DNA of 64,000 bases from an uncultured Bacillota bacterium (GCA_963823655.1 CAWGMK010000006.1:224001-288000); one strand, 5' to 3'. Positions 42,786 through 54,619 are shown, counted from the stretch's first letter. Translations and numbers: made by a program. The notes: generated by a model not told the origin, from the sequence alone.

Positions 42786-43421
42786 ATGGCTAGAGCCATT
42801 CTCGGAAAGAAGCTGGGCATGACCCAGATTTTCGCAGCAGACGGAAAAGTGACACCGGTCACTGTCATCGAAGCCGGTCCTTGCGTGGTCATACAGAGGA
42901 AGAGCACCCCGCATGACGGCTATGAGGCAATCCAGGTAGGTTTTGGACAGAAGCGCGAGAGGCTGTTCTCGAAGGCTGAGAAGGGCCACTTCGCAAAGGC
43001 CAACATCAAGCCGATGCGCTACTTGAGGGAGTTTCGTGTGGAATCCTCTGAGCAGTTCGCAATAGGGCAGGAGATCAAAGCCGACTTGTTCGCAGTGGGC
43101 GACAAGATCGATGTGACAGGCAAATCGCGCGGCAAGGGCTTCGCAGGCGTTATCAAGCGCCACGGTTTTGCAAGGGGCGGAATGAGCCACGGCTCTACCT
43201 ATAAGCGCAGAGTAGGTTCGTTGGGCGCCACCGACCCGGCCAGGGTCTTCAAGGGCAGGAAATTGCCCGGTAGGATGGGCGGGGACAAGATAACGATACA
43301 GGGCTTGACAGTAGCCGGCGTGGATCTGGACAGGAATTTGATCCTGATCCGCGGAGCAGTTCCCGGAACTCGTGGCGGCCTCGTGGTTGTCAGGGACTCT
43401 GTGAAGGCTTCCAAGAAGTAG
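42786..43421 (+). CDS. rplC: 50S ribosomal protein L3
   Basis: [22 protein letters not shown]. Confidence 0.97.
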   Translation: MARAILGKKLGMTQIFAADGKVTPVTVIEAGPCVVIQRKSTPHDGYEAIQVGFGQKRERLFSKAEKGHFAKANIKPMRYLREFRVESSEQFAIGQEIKADLFAVGDKIDVTGKSRGKGFAGVIKRHGFARGGMSHGSTYKRRVGSLGATDPARVFKGRKLPGRMGGDKITIQGLTVAGVDLDRNLILIRGAVPGTRGGLVVVRDSVKASKK

Positions 43422-43449
43422 CCACGAAGAGGGAAAGGAGGCAAAGTAA

Positions 43450-44070
43450 ATGCCAAAGGCACCTTTTTTCAATATGAAAGGCGAGAGCCTGGGCACTGTG
43501 GACCTACCCGAAGAGATCTTCGGTATAGAGCCCAATGCCGATGTTCTCCACGAAGCTGTCGTAATGCAGCTGGCGAGCAGAAGGCTGGGTACTGCGAAAG
43601 TGAAGACCCGCTCTGAGGTATCAGGCGGCGGCAGGAAGCCTTACCGTCAGAAGGGGACCGGCCGCGCAAGGCAGGGCTCCATCAGGTCAGCGCAATGGGC
43701 AGGAGGCGGCAAGATATTCGGCCCGATACCCAGAAGCTACAGCTATAGGATAAACAGGAAGGTAAGAAGGCTCGCTCTGCTGTCGGCCCTCTCATCAAGG
43801 GCGCTTGAAGCCACCCTCGTAGTGGTCGATGCCCTGACGATAGAGAAGCCGAGCACTAAGGCGATGATTTCGGTGCTGAGCAACCTCAAGCTGGGCAAGA
43901 CGCTTGTGGTAACCAGCGAGGCCGACAACAACGTGATGCTTTCCACCAGGAACATTCCGGATGCCATGTACCTAACGGTCGAGGGCCTGAACGTATATGA
44001 CATCCTCAACCACAACAACCTTCTGTTCACCGCCTCGGCGGTCGAGAAGGCCAAGGAGGTGCTTGCCTGA
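43450..44070 (+). CDS. rplD: 50S ribosomal protein L4
   Basis: [19 protein letters not shown]. Confidence 0.97.
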   Translation: MPKAPFFNMKGESLGTVDLPEEIFGIEPNADVLHEAVVMQLASRRLGTAKVKTRSEVSGGGRKPYRQKGTGRARQGSIRSAQWAGGGKIFGPIPRSYSYRINRKVRRLALLSALSSRALEATLVVVDALTIEKPSTKAMISVLSNLKLGKTLVVTSEADNNVMLSTRNIPDAMYLTVEGLNVYDILNHNNLLFTASAVEKAKEVLA

Positions 44071-44360
44071 TGGAGCTCTTAGCACACGATATCCTAGTCA
44101 GGCCGATAATCACCGAGAAGACCACCCTTCTTGCTGAGCAGAACAAGTACGTCTTCGAAGTGGCGAAAGCCGCGACCAAGATAGACATTGCCAAGGCCGT
44201 CGCAGAAGTGTTCAAGGTGAAAGTAGTCGCCGTAAACACAGTATCGATGCCGGGCAAGCTCAAGAGAATGGGCAAAGGACAGGGTTACACATCAGACTGG
44301 AAGAAGGCTATAGTCACTTTGAAGGCTGGGGAGCGTATCCCGATCTTCGAGGGAGCATAA
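44070..44360 (+). CDS. rplW: 50S ribosomal protein L23
   Basis: RPIITEK, WKKAIVTL. Confidence 0.97.
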   Translation: MELLAHDILVRPIITEKTTLLAEQNKYVFEVAKAATKIDIAKAVAEVFKVKVVAVNTVSMPGKLKRMGKGQGYTSDWKKAIVTLKAGERIPIFEGA

Positions 44361-44387
44361 GCCGAGAGCGCAAGGAGGAAATAACCA

Positions 44388-45218
44388 ATGGGTATCAAGC
44401 AGTACAAGCCCACATCTCCTGGGCGTCGGCAGATGTCGGTCTCTACTTTCGAGGAGATAACCGCCTCGAAGCCGGAGAAGTCGCTTACCGTATCGCTCAG
44501 GAAGACAGGCGGCCGCAACAATAATGGCCGCATTACCTCCCGCTTCCGCGGAGGCGGAGCGAAGAGGAGCTACAGGATCATCGACTTCAAGCGCGACAAG
44601 TTCGGCGTACCCGGCAAAGTCGCAACAGTCGAGTACGATCCCAACAGGTCCTCAAGGATATGCCTTATCAATTACCTCGACGGCGAGAAAAGGTACATCC
44701 TTCAGCCTGTAGGCCTGAAAGTCGGCGACATGATAGTCGCAGGGCCCGAAGCAGACATCAAGCCAGGAAACGCGCTTCCTATGACGAACATCCCGGTCGG
44801 CACAATGGTGCACTGCGTTGAGATGGTGCCCGGCAAGGGAGCTCAGATGGTTCGCACAGCAGGAGCATCGGCGCAGCTGATGGCAAAAGAAGGCGCCATG
44901 GCGACGTTGAGGCTTCCCTCCGGCGAGATGAGAATGGTCAGGGTAGGCTGCATGGCGACAATAGGCCAGGTTGGCAACATCGACCATGAGAACATCAGCT
45001 TCGGCAAGGCCGGACGCAAGCGTTACCTGGGCCGCAGGCCGCATAACCGCGGCGTGGTCATGAACCCAGTAGACCATCCGCACGGCGGCGGCGAAGGCAA
45101 ATCGCCGATAGGACACCCGGGTCCGTTGACCCCTTGGGGCAAACCGACCCTCGGCTACAAGACCCGCAAGGCCAAGGCCTCTGACAAACTCATAGTCAGA
45201 AGGCGCAACGGCAAATAA
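44388..45218 (+). CDS. rplB: 50S ribosomal protein L2
   Basis: [19 protein letters not shown]. Confidence 0.98.
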   Translation: MGIKQYKPTSPGRRQMSVSTFEEITASKPEKSLTVSLRKTGGRNNNGRITSRFRGGGAKRSYRIIDFKRDKFGVPGKVATVEYDPNRSSRICLINYLDGEKRYILQPVGLKVGDMIVAGPEADIKPGNALPMTNIPVGTMVHCVEMVPGKGAQMVRTAGASAQLMAKEGAMATLRLPSGEMRMVRVGCMATIGQVGNIDHENISFGKAGRKRYLGRRPHNRGVVMNPVDHPHGGGEGKSPIGHPGPLTPWGKPTLGYKTRKAKASDKLIVRRRNGK

Positions 45219-45249
45219 CCTGATATGAGTTAAGAGAGGAGGCGGACAA

Positions 45250-45531
45250 ATGTCCCGGTCGCTCAAAAAGGGCCCGTATGTCTGCCCGAAGTTGATGAAA
45301 AAGGTAGACGCGATGAACTCCAAGGGAACCAAGGAGATAATCAAGACCTGGTCCAGGAGCTCCACTATCATGCCAGACATGCTAGGGCACACCATCGCGG
45401 TACATGACGGCAGAAAGCACGTGCCTGTATATATCATAGAGGACATGGTAGGGCACAAATTAGGCGAATTCGCGCCTACGAGGACCTATAGGGGTCACTC
45501 GAGAACTGATAAGGCAACAGAGCTTAAGTAG
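45250..45531 (+). CDS. rpsS: 30S ribosomal protein S19
   Basis: [18 protein letters not shown]. Confidence 0.98.
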   Translation: MSRSLKKGPYVCPKLMKKVDAMNSKGTKEIIKTWSRSSTIMPDMLGHTIAVHDGRKHVPVYIIEDMVGHKLGEFAPTRTYRGHSRTDKATELK

Positions 45532-45545
45532 GAGGGTCAGCAGCT

Positions 45546-45884
45546 ATGGAGGCAAAAGCAGTAGCAAAACATGTCAGGATCACGCCTCGCAAGGCCCGTG
45601 CCGTAGTTGACCTGATCCGCGGCAAGAGCGTCAATGAGGCGATGGCCATACTAAAGTTCTCACCTCGCGGGGCGAGTGAAGTGGTATACAAGGTGGTCAA
45701 GTCGGCGGCGGCTAACGCCGAGAACAACCTAAACCTCGACAAGGACTCCCTGTACGTTGCCAAAGCCTTTGTGGACGTGGGTCCCACCATGAAAAGGGTG
45801 TTGCCCAGGCTAAGAGGCATGGCTGACAGGCTTCTCAAGAGAAGCTGCCATGTGACAATTGTCGTTAAGGAAAGGGAGGGTTGA
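45546..45884 (+). CDS. rplV: 50S ribosomal protein L22
   Basis: [17 protein letters not shown]. Confidence 0.97.
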   Translation: MEAKAVAKHVRITPRKARAVVDLIRGKSVNEAMAILKFSPRGASEVVYKVVKSAAANAENNLNLDKDSLYVAKAFVDVGPTMKRVLPRLRGMADRLLKRSCHVTIVVKEREG

Positions 45885-45886
45885 TC

Positions 45887-46603
45887 GTGGGTCAAAAGGT
45901 TAACCCGATAGGCTTCAGGGTCGGAGTCATCAAGGGCTGGGATTCTGCATGGTACGCGGATAAGTCGTATGCGGATCAGCTCCACGAGGACCTAAAGCTC
46001 AAGAAGTACATCAAGGGATATGATTTCAACAGGAAAGACGGTTCGCCCGTGTCCAAGGACCCCTCCAAGAGGGAGAACAACCCGGGAAGCATTTCCAGGG
46101 TTCAGATCGAGCGTAAGGCGAACAACGTCATTAAGTTCATCATCAACACCGGCAAGCCCGGCGTTATCATCGGAAGCGGCGGAAAGAAGTCCGAGGAGCT
46201 CAGGAAGGAACTTGTGGCCCTCACAGGCAAGCAGGTGCTTCTTAGCATCAACGAGGTCAGGAATCCCGACCTCGACGCACAGCTGGTGGCGGAGAACATA
46301 GCAGGCCAGCTTGAGAAGAGGATAGCTTTCAGGCGCGCGATGAAGCAGTCAATGGCAAGGGCAGAGAAGCTCGGATGCCTCGGAATAAAGATGAGATGCT
46401 CCGGCAGGCTCGGCGGCGCCGAAATCGCCAGGACAGAGAGCTATTCCAACGGCAGGCTACCGCTTCATACGCTCAGAGCAGACATTGACTACGGTTTTGC
46501 CGAGGCGGCAACGACCTACGGTAGAATCGGAATCAAGGTCTGGATCTACAAGGGCGAGGTCCTTCCCAAGAGGGCACCCGGCCAGAACCAGGGAGGACAC
46601 TAA
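45887..46603 (+). CDS. rpsC: 30S ribosomal protein S3
   Basis: [31 protein letters not shown]. Confidence 0.97.
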   Translation: MGQKVNPIGFRVGVIKGWDSAWYADKSYADQLHEDLKLKKYIKGYDFNRKDGSPVSKDPSKRENNPGSISRVQIERKANNVIKFIINTGKPGVIIGSGGKKSEELRKELVALTGKQVLLSINEVRNPDLDAQLVAENIAGQLEKRIAFRRAMKQSMARAEKLGCLGIKMRCSGRLGGAEIARTESYSNGRLPLHTLRADIDYGFAEAATTYGRIGIKVWIYKGEVLPKRAPGQNQGGH

Positions 46604-46605
46604 CC

Positions 46606-47073
46606 ATGTTGATGCCAAAGAGGGTAAAGTTCAGAAAGGTACACCGCGGCCGCATGACAGGCAAGGCCACAAGGGGCAACTACATCGCTTTTGGCGAGTG
46701 GGGCCTCATGGCGACCGAGTGCGGATGGGTGACCGACAGGCAGATTGAAGCCGCGCGTATCGCAATGACTCGTTATACCAAGCGCGGAGGCAACGTCTGG
46801 ATCAGGATATTCCCTGACAAGCCGGTAACCCAGAAGCCTGCCGAAACCCGTATGGGATCAGGCAAGGGCTCGCCGGAGTACTGGGTAGCGGTAATCAAGC
46901 CGGGCCGCGTAATGTTCGAGATCGGCGGAGTTCCCGACACCGATGCCAAGGAAGCCATGCGTCTTGCGATGCATAAGCTGCCGGTATTGTCGAAGATCGT
47001 GAACAAGGGCGATTTCGACCACATAGAGAAGCATATAACTGCAAAGAAGGAGGGTGAGGCAGATGAAGCCTAA
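46606..47073 (+). CDS. rplP: 50S ribosomal protein L16
   Basis: [18 protein letters not shown]. Confidence 0.97.
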   Translation: MLMPKRVKFRKVHRGRMTGKATRGNYIAFGEWGLMATECGWVTDRQIEAARIAMTRYTKRGGNVWIRIFPDKPVTQKPAETRMGSGKGSPEYWVAVIKPGRVMFEIGGVPDTDAKEAMRLAMHKLPVLSKIVNKGDFDHIEKHITAKKEGEADEA

Positions 47074-47266
47074 GGAAGTACGCGAACTTACGGCCGAGGA
47101 ATTGGCAAAGAAGCTCTCCACCCTCAAGGAGGAGCTGTTCAACCTGAGGTTCCAGCTCGCCACAAACCAGTTGGAGAACCCTAACAGGATAGGCGAAGTT
47201 AAGAAGAACTTAGCCCGTGTGAAGACCGTGATCCGCGAACGCGAGCTCAAGGCGGCGCGCGGATGA
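47063..47266 (+). CDS. rpmC: 50S ribosomal protein L29
   Basis: [17 protein letters not shown]. Confidence 0.96.
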   Translation: MKPKEVRELTAEELAKKLSTLKEELFNLRFQLATNQLENPNRIGEVKKNLARVKTVIRERELKAARG

Positions 47267-47283
47267 TAGGGGAGGGAGCGAAT

Positions 47284-47544
47284 ATGGAGGATACCAGGAA
47301 CGAGCGCAAAGAGAGGACCGGCGTGGTCGCGAGCGACAAGATGGACAAGACCCGCGTAGTGGTCATCGAGCGCACCTTCAGCCACCCTCTATACGGGAAG
47401 ACCGTAAGAAGGTCGAGCAGGATAAAGGTGCACGATGAGAAGAACGAAAGCCACGTCGGCGACAAGGTCACAGTAATGGAGACCAGGCCGATTTCCAAAG
47501 AGAAGCGTTGGAGGCTCGTCGAGATAGTCGAGCGCGCGAAATAG
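47284..47544 (+). CDS. rpsQ: 30S ribosomal protein S17
   Basis: SDKMDKT, HPLYGK, ETRPISK. Confidence 0.96.
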   Translation: MEDTRNERKERTGVVASDKMDKTRVVVIERTFSHPLYGKTVRRSSRIKVHDEKNESHVGDKVTVMETRPISKEKRWRLVEIVERAK

Positions 47545-47563
47545 CCGAGAGGAGGGGCAATAA

Positions 47564-47932
47564 ATGATACAGGCCCAAACGATACTTAATGTTGCCGACA
47601 ACTCCGGTGCGAAGAAGATCATGTGCTTCAGAGTGTCAGGCGGCTCCAGAAGAAGATACGCAAGCATAGGCGACATAATCGTCGCATCAGTTAAAGAAGC
47701 TACGCCCGGAGGCGTTGTGAAAAAGGGCGAGGTTGTCAAAGCCGTTGTGGTTCGTACTGCCAAGCAGATAAGGCGCCAGGATGGCTCCTACATCCGCTTC
47801 GACGAGAACGCCGCCGTCTTGATCAACGACCAGATGAACCCGAGGGGCACTCGCATCTTCGGGCCCGTTGCCAGGGAATTGAGGGATAAGAACTACATGA
47901 AGATCATCTCCCTCGCCCCTGAAGTCCTTTAG
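47564..47932 (+). CDS. rplN: 50S ribosomal protein L14
   Basis: [20 protein letters not shown]. Confidence 0.98.
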   Translation: MIQAQTILNVADNSGAKKIMCFRVSGGSRRRYASIGDIIVASVKEATPGGVVKKGEVVKAVVVRTAKQIRRQDGSYIRFDENAAVLINDQMNPRGTRIFGPVARELRDKNYMKIISLAPEVL

Positions 47933-47947
47933 GACGGAGGAGCAGAT

Positions 47948-48262
47948 ATGAAGATAAAGAAGGGCGACAACGTCCAGATCATCTCCGGAAAGGACGCCGG
48001 CAGGAAGGGCAAGGTCCTCCATACGGTACCCTCGAACGAGAAGGTAGTAGTTGAGAACATGAACATGGCCAAGAAGCACACGAAGCCGTCGAAGACCGCT
48101 CCTCAAGGTGGCATCATCGATACCCCGATGGCGATGCCGGCCTCCAAGGTGATGGTAGTCTGCTCAAAGTGCAACAAGGCGACCCGGGTCAGAATGAAGG
48201 CTGACGGAGAAGGCAAGTTCTCACGCACATGCGCAAAGTGCGGGACCAGCCTCGACAAGTAA
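47948..48262 (+). CDS. rplX: 50S ribosomal protein L24
   Basis: KIKKGDNV..GKDAG; C-terminal CxxC..CxxC. Confidence 0.96.
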   Translation: MKIKKGDNVQIISGKDAGRKGKVLHTVPSNEKVVVENMNMAKKHTKPSKTAPQGGIIDTPMAMPASKVMVVCSKCNKATRVRMKADGEGKFSRTCAKCGTSLDK

Positions 48263-48284
48263 GACCGAGGAGGAGGATTTCTAA

Positions 48285-48827
48285 ATGCCGCGTTTACAGG
48301 ACAGATATAGAAACGACGTTATGCCGGCCCTCACCAAGAGGTTCGGGTACAAGAACGTCAACCAGCTGCCTAAGCTGGTCAAAGTTGTAGTCAACATGGG
48401 CGTCAGCGAGGCCACAGCGGATCCGAAGGCACTAGATGCCGCAGCCGCCGACCTTGCTACGATCACAGGCCAGAAGGCACTGATTACAAAGGCCAAGAGG
48501 TCGATAGCCAATTTCAAGCTCAGGGCAGGAGTGCCGATAGGCGCCAAGGTCACCCTTCGCGGGGAGAGGATGTTCTACTTCCTCGATAAGCTCTTCAACG
48601 TGAGCCTTCCGCGCATCAGGGACTTCAGGGGCATATCAACAAGCGGCTTTGACGGCCGCGGCAACTACACCCTGGGGCTGAAGGAACAGCTCATATTCCC
48701 CGAGATAGTCTACGACAAGGTGGACAAGGTCAGAGGGATGGACATAACAATAGTCACTTCGGCTAGGACGGACGAAGAGGGACTAGAGCTGCTCCGCGCA
48801 TTGGGCATGCCGTTCAAGGCCCAGTAA
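48285..48827 (+). CDS. rplE: 50S ribosomal protein L5
   Basis: [16 protein letters not shown]. Confidence 0.98.
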   Translation: MPRLQDRYRNDVMPALTKRFGYKNVNQLPKLVKVVVNMGVSEATADPKALDAAAADLATITGQKALITKAKRSIANFKLRAGVPIGAKVTLRGERMFYFLDKLFNVSLPRIRDFRGISTSGFDGRGNYTLGLKEQLIFPEIVYDKVDKVRGMDITIVTSARTDEEGLELLRALGMPFKAQ

Positions 48828-48839
48828 GGAGGAAGCAAG

Positions 48840-49025
48840 ATGGCACGTAAAGGATTGGTCGAATCTTGGAAGCGCGAACCCAAGTTCGGAGTAAGGGCAT
48901 ATAACCGTTGCCAGATCTGCGGCAGACCCCGCGGATACATGAGGAAGTTCAAGATGTGCAGGATCTGCTTCCGTAGCCTTGCCTCCCGCGGAGAGATTCC
49001 GGGAGTCACCAAGGCAAGCTGGTAA
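48840..49025 (+). CDS. rpsZ: 30S ribosomal protein S14 type Z (Zn-binding)
   Basis: [16 protein letters not shown], 61 aa. Confidence 0.96.
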   Translation: MARKGLVESWKREPKFGVRAYNRCQICGRPRGYMRKFKMCRICFRSLASRGEIPGVTKASW

Positions 49026-49056
49026 GGCGGACATGCCGTGAGAGGAGGTACAGCAG

Positions 49057-49458
49057 ATGCCGGTTTCTGATCCCATAGCGGATATGTTGACAAGAATCCG
49101 CAACGCAAACATGGTTTACCATGACACGGTAGTGATGCCGTCTTCCAAGATGAAGGTGGAGATGGCCCTCATTCTGAAACAGGAGGGCTATATCAGGGAC
49201 TTCGAGCAGGTAACTGACGAGAAGGGTTTCAAGAATTTGAAGCTTTTCATGAAGTACATGCCGGACAGGAAGAAGGTCATCAGCGGGCTAAGGCGCATTT
49301 CTAAGCCCGGGCTGAAGGTCTATACGACTAAAGACGAGCTTCCCAGGGTCCTCAATGGACTGGGGATAGCAATAATTTCGACATCTAGCGGACTAATGAC
49401 AGACCGTAAGGCTCGTGAGACGGGCCTCGGCGGCGAAGTCGTCTGCTATGTCTGGTAG
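49057..49458 (+). CDS. rpsH: 30S ribosomal protein S8
   Basis: [20 protein letters not shown]. Confidence 0.98.
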   Translation: MPVSDPIADMLTRIRNANMVYHDTVVMPSSKMKVEMALILKQEGYIRDFEQVTDEKGFKNLKLFMKYMPDRKKVISGLRRISKPGLKVYTTKDELPRVLNGLGIAIISTSSGLMTDRKARETGLGGEVVCYVW

Positions 49459-49469
49459 GGGGTGCTGAA

Positions 49470-50015
49470 ATGTCAAGAATAGGTAGGAAGCCGATCAGCA
49501 TACCCGCAGACGTAAAAGTAGAGCTGGAAGGCCACAGCATGAAGGTCACCGGCCCTAAAGGCAGTCTCGCTCGCGAGCTGCACAAGGATATGCAGATCAG
49601 CATAGAAGCAAATGTAATCAGCGTAGCCAGGCCTACAGAGAGCAAGACCCACAAGTCGCTCCATGGCCTTACCCGCACGCTCATAGACAATATGATCGTC
49701 GGCGTGACCAAGGGCTTCCAGACGGACCTTGAGATCGTAGGAACAGGTTACAAGGCCTCGGTACAGGGCAAGAAGCTTGTCCTTAACGTCGGCCATTCAC
49801 ATCCCGTGGAAATTGAACCTCCGGCGGGCATCAGCTTTGAAACAGCCACACCGATCAAAATAGCGGTCAAGGGCAGCAGCAAAGAGGATGTGGGCCAGAT
49901 GGCAGCGGACATCCGCGCCAAGAGGCCGCCTGAGATCTACCACGGCACGGGCATTAGATACGCCGGAGAGGTGGTCCACCTCAAGGCCGGCAAGACCGGC
50001 AAGGTCGGCAAGTAA
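49470..50015 (+). CDS. rplF: 50S ribosomal protein L6
   Basis: MSRIGRKP, GPKGSL, RPPEIY..GIRY. Confidence 0.97.
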   Translation: MSRIGRKPISIPADVKVELEGHSMKVTGPKGSLARELHKDMQISIEANVISVARPTESKTHKSLHGLTRTLIDNMIVGVTKGFQTDLEIVGTGYKASVQGKKLVLNVGHSHPVEIEPPAGISFETATPIKIAVKGSSKEDVGQMAADIRAKRPPEIYHGTGIRYAGEVVHLKAGKTGKVGK

Positions 50016-50047
50016 CGCTGCGGCGAGAAGGAAAGGGGAAATGAGCT

Positions 50048-50410
50048 TTGTTTAACAGGAAAGACAGGAAAGAGGCCCTTACCCGCCGCCATAGCCGTGT
50101 GCGCGAGCACATCAACGGCACGACCGAAAGGCCGAGGCTTGCGGTTCACAGGAGCCTAGCGAACATCTACGCACAACTGATCGACGATACCACGGGCACA
50201 ACGCTGGTATTCGCGTCCTCCACCGAGAAGGGGCTCGGCCTCGAATACGGCGGAAACGTTGAAGCCGCGAAGGTCCTTGGCAAGACGGTCGCCGAGCGCG
50301 CCCTGGCAAAGGGCATAAAAGCCGTGGTTTTCGACCGCGGTGGCCACATCTACCACGGCAGGGTGTCAGCCTTCGCCGAGGCTGCCCGCAATGCCGGGCT
50401 AGAGTTCTAG
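50048..50410 (+). CDS. rplR: 50S ribosomal protein L18
   Basis: [21 protein letters not shown]. Confidence 0.97.
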   Translation: MFNRKDRKEALTRRHSRVREHINGTTERPRLAVHRSLANIYAQLIDDTTGTTLVFASSTEKGLGLEYGGNVEAAKVLGKTVAERALAKGIKAVVFDRGGHIYHGRVSAFAEAARNAGLEF

Positions 50411-50429
50411 GGAAGGGGGCACGCATGGA

Positions 50430-50924
50430 ATGAAGAGGTTCGTTCAGGAAGTAAGCGAGCTTTCCGAGAAAGTGGTCAGCATCAACCCCGTCGCTAAGAC
50501 GACCAAGGGCGGAAGGACCAGGAGCTTCAGGGCACTCGTCGTCGTAGGCGATGCCAAAGGCAAAGTCGGCATCGGAATAGGCAAGGCCTACGAAGTCGCC
50601 GAAGCCATTAAGAAGGGCTCCTCTGCCGCCAAGAAGAGCATGGTGGCGATCCCGATGGTAGGGACGACAATACCGCACGAAGTCACATCGGATTACGGCG
50701 CGGGCAAAGTAGTCCTGAAGCCAGCAGCTCCCGGTACCGGCGTCATAGCAGGCGGTCCGGTTCGTGCCGTCCTCGAAGCGGCAGGCATCAAGGACATCCT
50801 CACGAAGTCGCTCGGCTCAAACAACCCGATAAACATGGTCAACGCTACCATGAAGGGCCTTTTGAGCATGAGGACGGCCGAGGAAGTCTCCAGGACGCGC
50901 GGCTTGGACGCCGAGGCGAAATAG
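50430..50924 (+). CDS. rpsE: 30S ribosomal protein S5
   Basis: [16 protein letters not shown]. Confidence 0.97.
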   Translation: MKRFVQEVSELSEKVVSINPVAKTTKGGRTRSFRALVVVGDAKGKVGIGIGKAYEVAEAIKKGSSAAKKSMVAIPMVGTTIPHEVTSDYGAGKVVLKPAAPGTGVIAGGPVRAVLEAAGIKDILTKSLGSNNPINMVNATMKGLLSMRTAEEVSRTRGLDAEAK

Positions 50925-50937
50925 GGGGGAAATTCGA

Positions 50938-51129
50938 ATGGCCAAGTTCTTGAAGATAACTTATAAGAAGAGCTTCATAGGCGAGCCGGACAGGGTCAGG
51001 GCGACCGTAAGATCGCTCGGATTCCACAAGCTCGGTGAGGCAATAGTAAGACCTGACACACCCCAATTGAGGGCGATGTGCCAGAGCATCGACCACCTTT
51101 TGCAGGTAGTCGAGGTCGACGCAGAATAG
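50938..51129 (+). CDS. rpmD: 50S ribosomal protein L30
   Basis: LKITYKKSFIG..TVRSLG; position between rpsE and rplO. Confidence 0.92.
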   Translation: MAKFLKITYKKSFIGEPDRVRATVRSLGFHKLGEAIVRPDTPQLRAMCQSIDHLLQVVEVDAE

Positions 51130-51168
51130 TAGGAGTCGCTTCGGCTCCACAAGCGGAGGTGCATACAT

Positions 51169-51612
51169 ATGAAATTGCATGAACTACGCCCTCCAGAGGG
51201 TTCAAAGAAGGAACGCCACCGCGTAGGACGCGGCCACGGCTCGGGTTGGGAGAGGTCGGCCGGCAAAGGCCAGAAGGGCCAGAAGTCCCGTTCGGGCGGA
51301 GTCAAGGGTCCTGCTTTCGAGGGCGGCCAGACTCCTTTGGCAAGGCGCATACCCAAGAGAGGGTTCAACAACAAGTTCCGCATAGAGTATGCGGTAGTCA
51401 ATATCTCTCAGCTCGAGGACAGGTTCGAGGCCGGCGCATCGGTCGGTCTTGAGGAATTCTACACTTCGGGCCTGGTAAAGGGCAAGTTCAATCTCGTGAA
51501 GGTCCTCGGCGACGGCGAGATCTCCAAGGCTCTTACCGTCCAGGCGCACAAGTTCAGCGAAACAGCTGCCGAGAAGATAAAAGCGGCAGGTGGGAGCGTG
51601 GAGGTTATCTAG
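51169..51612 (+). CDS. rplO: 50S ribosomal protein L15
   Basis: RVGRG.GSG, FEGGQTPL.RRIPKRGF. Confidence 0.97.
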   Translation: MKLHELRPPEGSKKERHRVGRGHGSGWERSAGKGQKGQKSRSGGVKGPAFEGGQTPLARRIPKRGFNNKFRIEYAVVNISQLEDRFEAGASVGLEEFYTSGLVKGKFNLVKVLGDGEISKALTVQAHKFSETAAEKIKAAGGSVEVI

Positions 51613-52875
51613 ATGATAGCTGCGATCATTAATGCCTTCAGGGTCCCGGAGATAAGGAAGAAGATAACGTTCACGGCGCTTATGCTGCTCGTGTACAGGC
51701 TCGGTTCCTTCATCCCGGTCCCGGGCGTGGACGCTACCAAGGTATTCGCGGAGTTCCAGAGCGCGGCGGGTTCCGGCGGGACCGGCATCCTGTCGCTTCT
51801 GGATATGTTCGCCGGCGGTTCTCTTTCGAGGATGACGCTATTTGCCCTCAACGTGGGCCCTTACATCACGGCGTCTATCGTCATGGAGCTGCTGAAAGTA
51901 GTAATACCTAAGTTCGAACAGCTGGCCAAGGAGGGCGACGAGGGCAGGAAGAAGCTTCAGGCCTATTCACGTTACCTTAGCTTGGGCCTTGCGGTCCTTC
52001 AGTCCATAAGCTACATGCTTCTTCTGAAGGGCGCGATGATGAGCGGCATATGGAACAACCTGCTCGTTATAGTAAGCATGACGGCCGGTGCTATGTTCAC
52101 TGTGTGGCTCGGCGAGAAGATCTCCGAGAAGGGCATAGGCAACGGCATATCGCTAATCATATTCACAGGAATAGTATCGAGGCTTCCTATGGTCGCAAAG
52201 CAGCTGTTCACCCTCGTCCAAACGGGCGGGCTGAATGTACTGCTCCTTCTCATCTTCCTTGTTTCGCTGCTCGCAGTCGTAGTAGGCGTCGTGGCGATAG
52301 AGGAAGCCAACAGGAAGATACCCGTGCAGTACCCCAAAAGGGTTGTAGGCCGCAGGGTCTACGGAGGACAGAGCACGCATCTTCCCATCAAAGTGAACCA
52401 GGCGGGCGTAATACCCGTAATCTTCGCCTCTTCGCTGCTGGCCTTCCCCGCAACGCTGGGAAGCTTCTGGCCCGCGTTCGGCGAGCTGATGAACAAGTTC
52501 ACTGCGAACGCATGGGCTTATAACTCGGTGCAGGTAGTGCTCATCATAGCGTTCACATATTTCTATACGGGCATCACATTCAACCCGATAGACATATCGA
52601 ACAACATGAAGCAGTACGGCGGGTTCATCCCAGGCTATCGCCCGGGCAGATCCACAGCCGAGTACATCGACAGGGTAGTCACGAGAATCGCCCTGCCGGG
52701 CGCCATATTCCTCGGCGCTATGGCGGTGTTGCCCAGCGTAATGACGGCGATACTGGGGGTCAACATAGGCTTCGGAGGCACGAGCATAATCATCGCGGTA
52801 GGCGTTGCGCTCGACACGATGAAGCAGATAGAATCCCAGCTCATAATGAGGCAATACGAAGGCTTCATGCAGTAA
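51613..52875 (+). CDS. secY: Preprotein translocase SecY
   Basis: PYITASI, GIGNGISLIIF, GGFIPGYRPG. Confidence 0.98.
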   Translation: MIAAIINAFRVPEIRKKITFTALMLLVYRLGSFIPVPGVDATKVFAEFQSAAGSGGTGILSLLDMFAGGSLSRMTLFALNVGPYITASIVMELLKVVIPKFEQLAKEGDEGRKKLQAYSRYLSLGLAVLQSISYMLLLKGAMMSGIWNNLLVIVSMTAGAMFTVWLGEKISEKGIGNGISLIIFTGIVSRLPMVAKQLFTLVQTGGLNVLLLLIFLVSLLAVVVGVVAIEEANRKIPVQYPKRVVGRRVYGGQSTHLPIKVNQAGVIPVIFASSLLAFPATLGSFWPAFGELMNKFTANAWAYNSVQVVLIIAFTYFYTGITFNPIDISNNMKQYGGFIPGYRPGRSTAEYIDRVVTRIALPGAIFLGAMAVLPSVMTAILGVNIGFGGTSIIIAVGVALDTMKQIESQLIMRQYEGFMQ

Positions 52876-52888
52876 AGGGGATAAGGGA

Positions 52889-53545
52889 ATGAACTTGGTC
52901 ATAATGGGGCCTCCCGGTGCGGGAAAAGGTACCGCCGCCGAGAGCATAAGGACGAGATACGGGCTTGCGCACATCTCCACCGGGGATCTTCTGCGCGCCG
53001 CCGTCAAGGCGGGCACCGACCTTGGGCTCAAGGCAGCTGGATATATGAACGCAGGAAAGCTGGTCCCTGATGACGTAGTTATAGGGCTTGTCGAGCGAAG
53101 GCTAGGCGAGCCCGATACCCTAAAAGGCTTTATGCTTGACGGCTTCCCCAGGACAATCCCCCAGGCAGAAGCGCTCGCTATCATGCTCGATGGCATAGGC
53201 AGGCATTTGGACCTGGTGCTGTCCATAGAAGTAGAGGACGAGGAGATAATCAAGCGCATAGCAGGCCGGCTCATTTGCCCGTCCTGCGGCGCAATATACA
53301 ATGAGGATACCAACCCTCCGGAAAAAGGCGTCTGCAAGTGCGGCGGATCACCAGCTCGCCGCAAGGATGACGAGCCGGAGGCGGTGAAAACGAGGCTCAT
53401 TGCCTACAAGGCTCAGACCGAACCTCTTATCCGCTGGTACACCGATAGGGGGCTGCTTAAGGGCGTTGACGGCCACGGCCTGCCGGCGGTGGTTTTCGGA
53501 AGGATTACCGGAATACTGTCCGGATACGAGGGCAGCTTAAGATGA
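52889..53545 (+). CDS. adk: Adenylate kinase
   Basis: GPPGAGKGT, HISTGD, LDGFPRT, Cys-containing LID. Confidence 0.97.
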   Translation: MNLVIMGPPGAGKGTAAESIRTRYGLAHISTGDLLRAAVKAGTDLGLKAAGYMNAGKLVPDDVVIGLVERRLGEPDTLKGFMLDGFPRTIPQAEALAIMLDGIGRHLDLVLSIEVEDEEIIKRIAGRLICPSCGAIYNEDTNPPEKGVCKCGGSPARRKDDEPEAVKTRLIAYKAQTEPLIRWYTDRGLLKGVDGHGLPAVVFGRITGILSGYEGSLR

Positions 53546-54289
53546 TAGTCCTCAAAACACCGCAGGATCTGCTCAAGATGAGAAAGTCCGGGCAGATAAC
53601 GGCGGCGGTCCTGGCGATGATGAGTGTTCTTGCCAGACCCGGGGTTAAGACAGCAGAGCTGGACAGGAAGGCAGAAGATCTGATAGTCAGGATGGGCGGG
53701 AAACCGGCTTTCAAGGGATACATGGACTATCCGGCCACCCTCTGCACATCAGTCAACGACGAAGTCATCCACGGGATTCCCGGCGACAGGGTTCTTCGGG
53801 ATGGGGACATCCTGAGCATAGATACCGGCGCATTCCTGGAAGGTTACTGTTCTGACTCGGCAATATACGCTGCCCATCGGGGATGTATCGGATGAAGCCG
53901 CAAGGCTGATCAGAGAGACCCGAAAAGCACTGGAAGCCGGCATAGCGATGGCGCAAAATGGCGGCAGGCTGGGCGACATAGGGCATGCTGTACAGACGTC
54001 GGCCGAGAAGGCAGGGTTTTCTGTGGTAAGGGAGTATGTAGGGCACGGGATAGGCAGAAAGATGCACGAAGCCCCCAATGTGCCCAACTACGGGGCGAAG
54101 GGGACCGGGGTCGGCCTTTCATCCGGTATGACGATAGCGATCGAGCCGATGATAAATCAGTTCGCCCGCGAAGTCAAAGTGGATGGGGACGGCTGGACGG
54201 TCAGGACGAAGGATGGCGGGCTTTCCGCTCACTTCGAACATACAATCGCCATAACCGATGAGGGACCTATAGTGCTTACCATGCTATAA
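53542..54289 (+). CDS. map: Methionine aminopeptidase type I (frameshift near 53870)
   Basis: CTSVNDEVIHGIP in one frame; GHGIG..MHE, IEPM, SAHFEHT in the next. Confidence 0.94.
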
Positions 54290-54303
54290 TAATAGATTGG
54301 AAG

Positions 54304-54612
54304 GTGCCAAGGCATTTGTCAGAATGCGGCGAAATCAGGCTGGGGCAGCTTGTGATATCCAAGATGGGAAGGGACAAGGGTCGTCTCTGCGTAGTGGTAA
54401 GGCGGCTGGACGATTGCGCAGTGCTCATCGCGGATGGTCAGATGCATAAGTTCTCTAGGCCCAAGAGAAAGAACATAAGGCATCTGATAAAGCTGAACAA
54501 CATAGACGCCGTCCTGGAAGGTAAACTGGGGAAGGGAACCGAGATCACCGACCGGGAACTGGCAGAGGCGCTTGATGGCTATAGGGCCAGAGGTACTGAA
54601 AGGGGGCATTGA
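54304..54612 (+). CDS. KOW-domain (L14e-like) RNA-binding protein
   Basis: [26 protein letters not shown]; usual position between map and infA. Confidence 0.88.
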   Translation: MPRHLSECGEIRLGQLVISKMGRDKGRLCVVVRRLDDCAVLIADGQMHKFSRPKRKNIRHLIKLNNIDAVLEGKLGKGTEITDRELAEALDGYRARGTERGH

Positions 54613-54619
54613 CCCGATC

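Noticed and set aside
52153-53400. Long antisense ORFs (415 aa here; also 36926-37924, 41181-42152, 44652-45458)
   Set aside because: They are shadows of strongly codon-biased GC-rich genes on the + strand, with no RBS or recognisable motifs.
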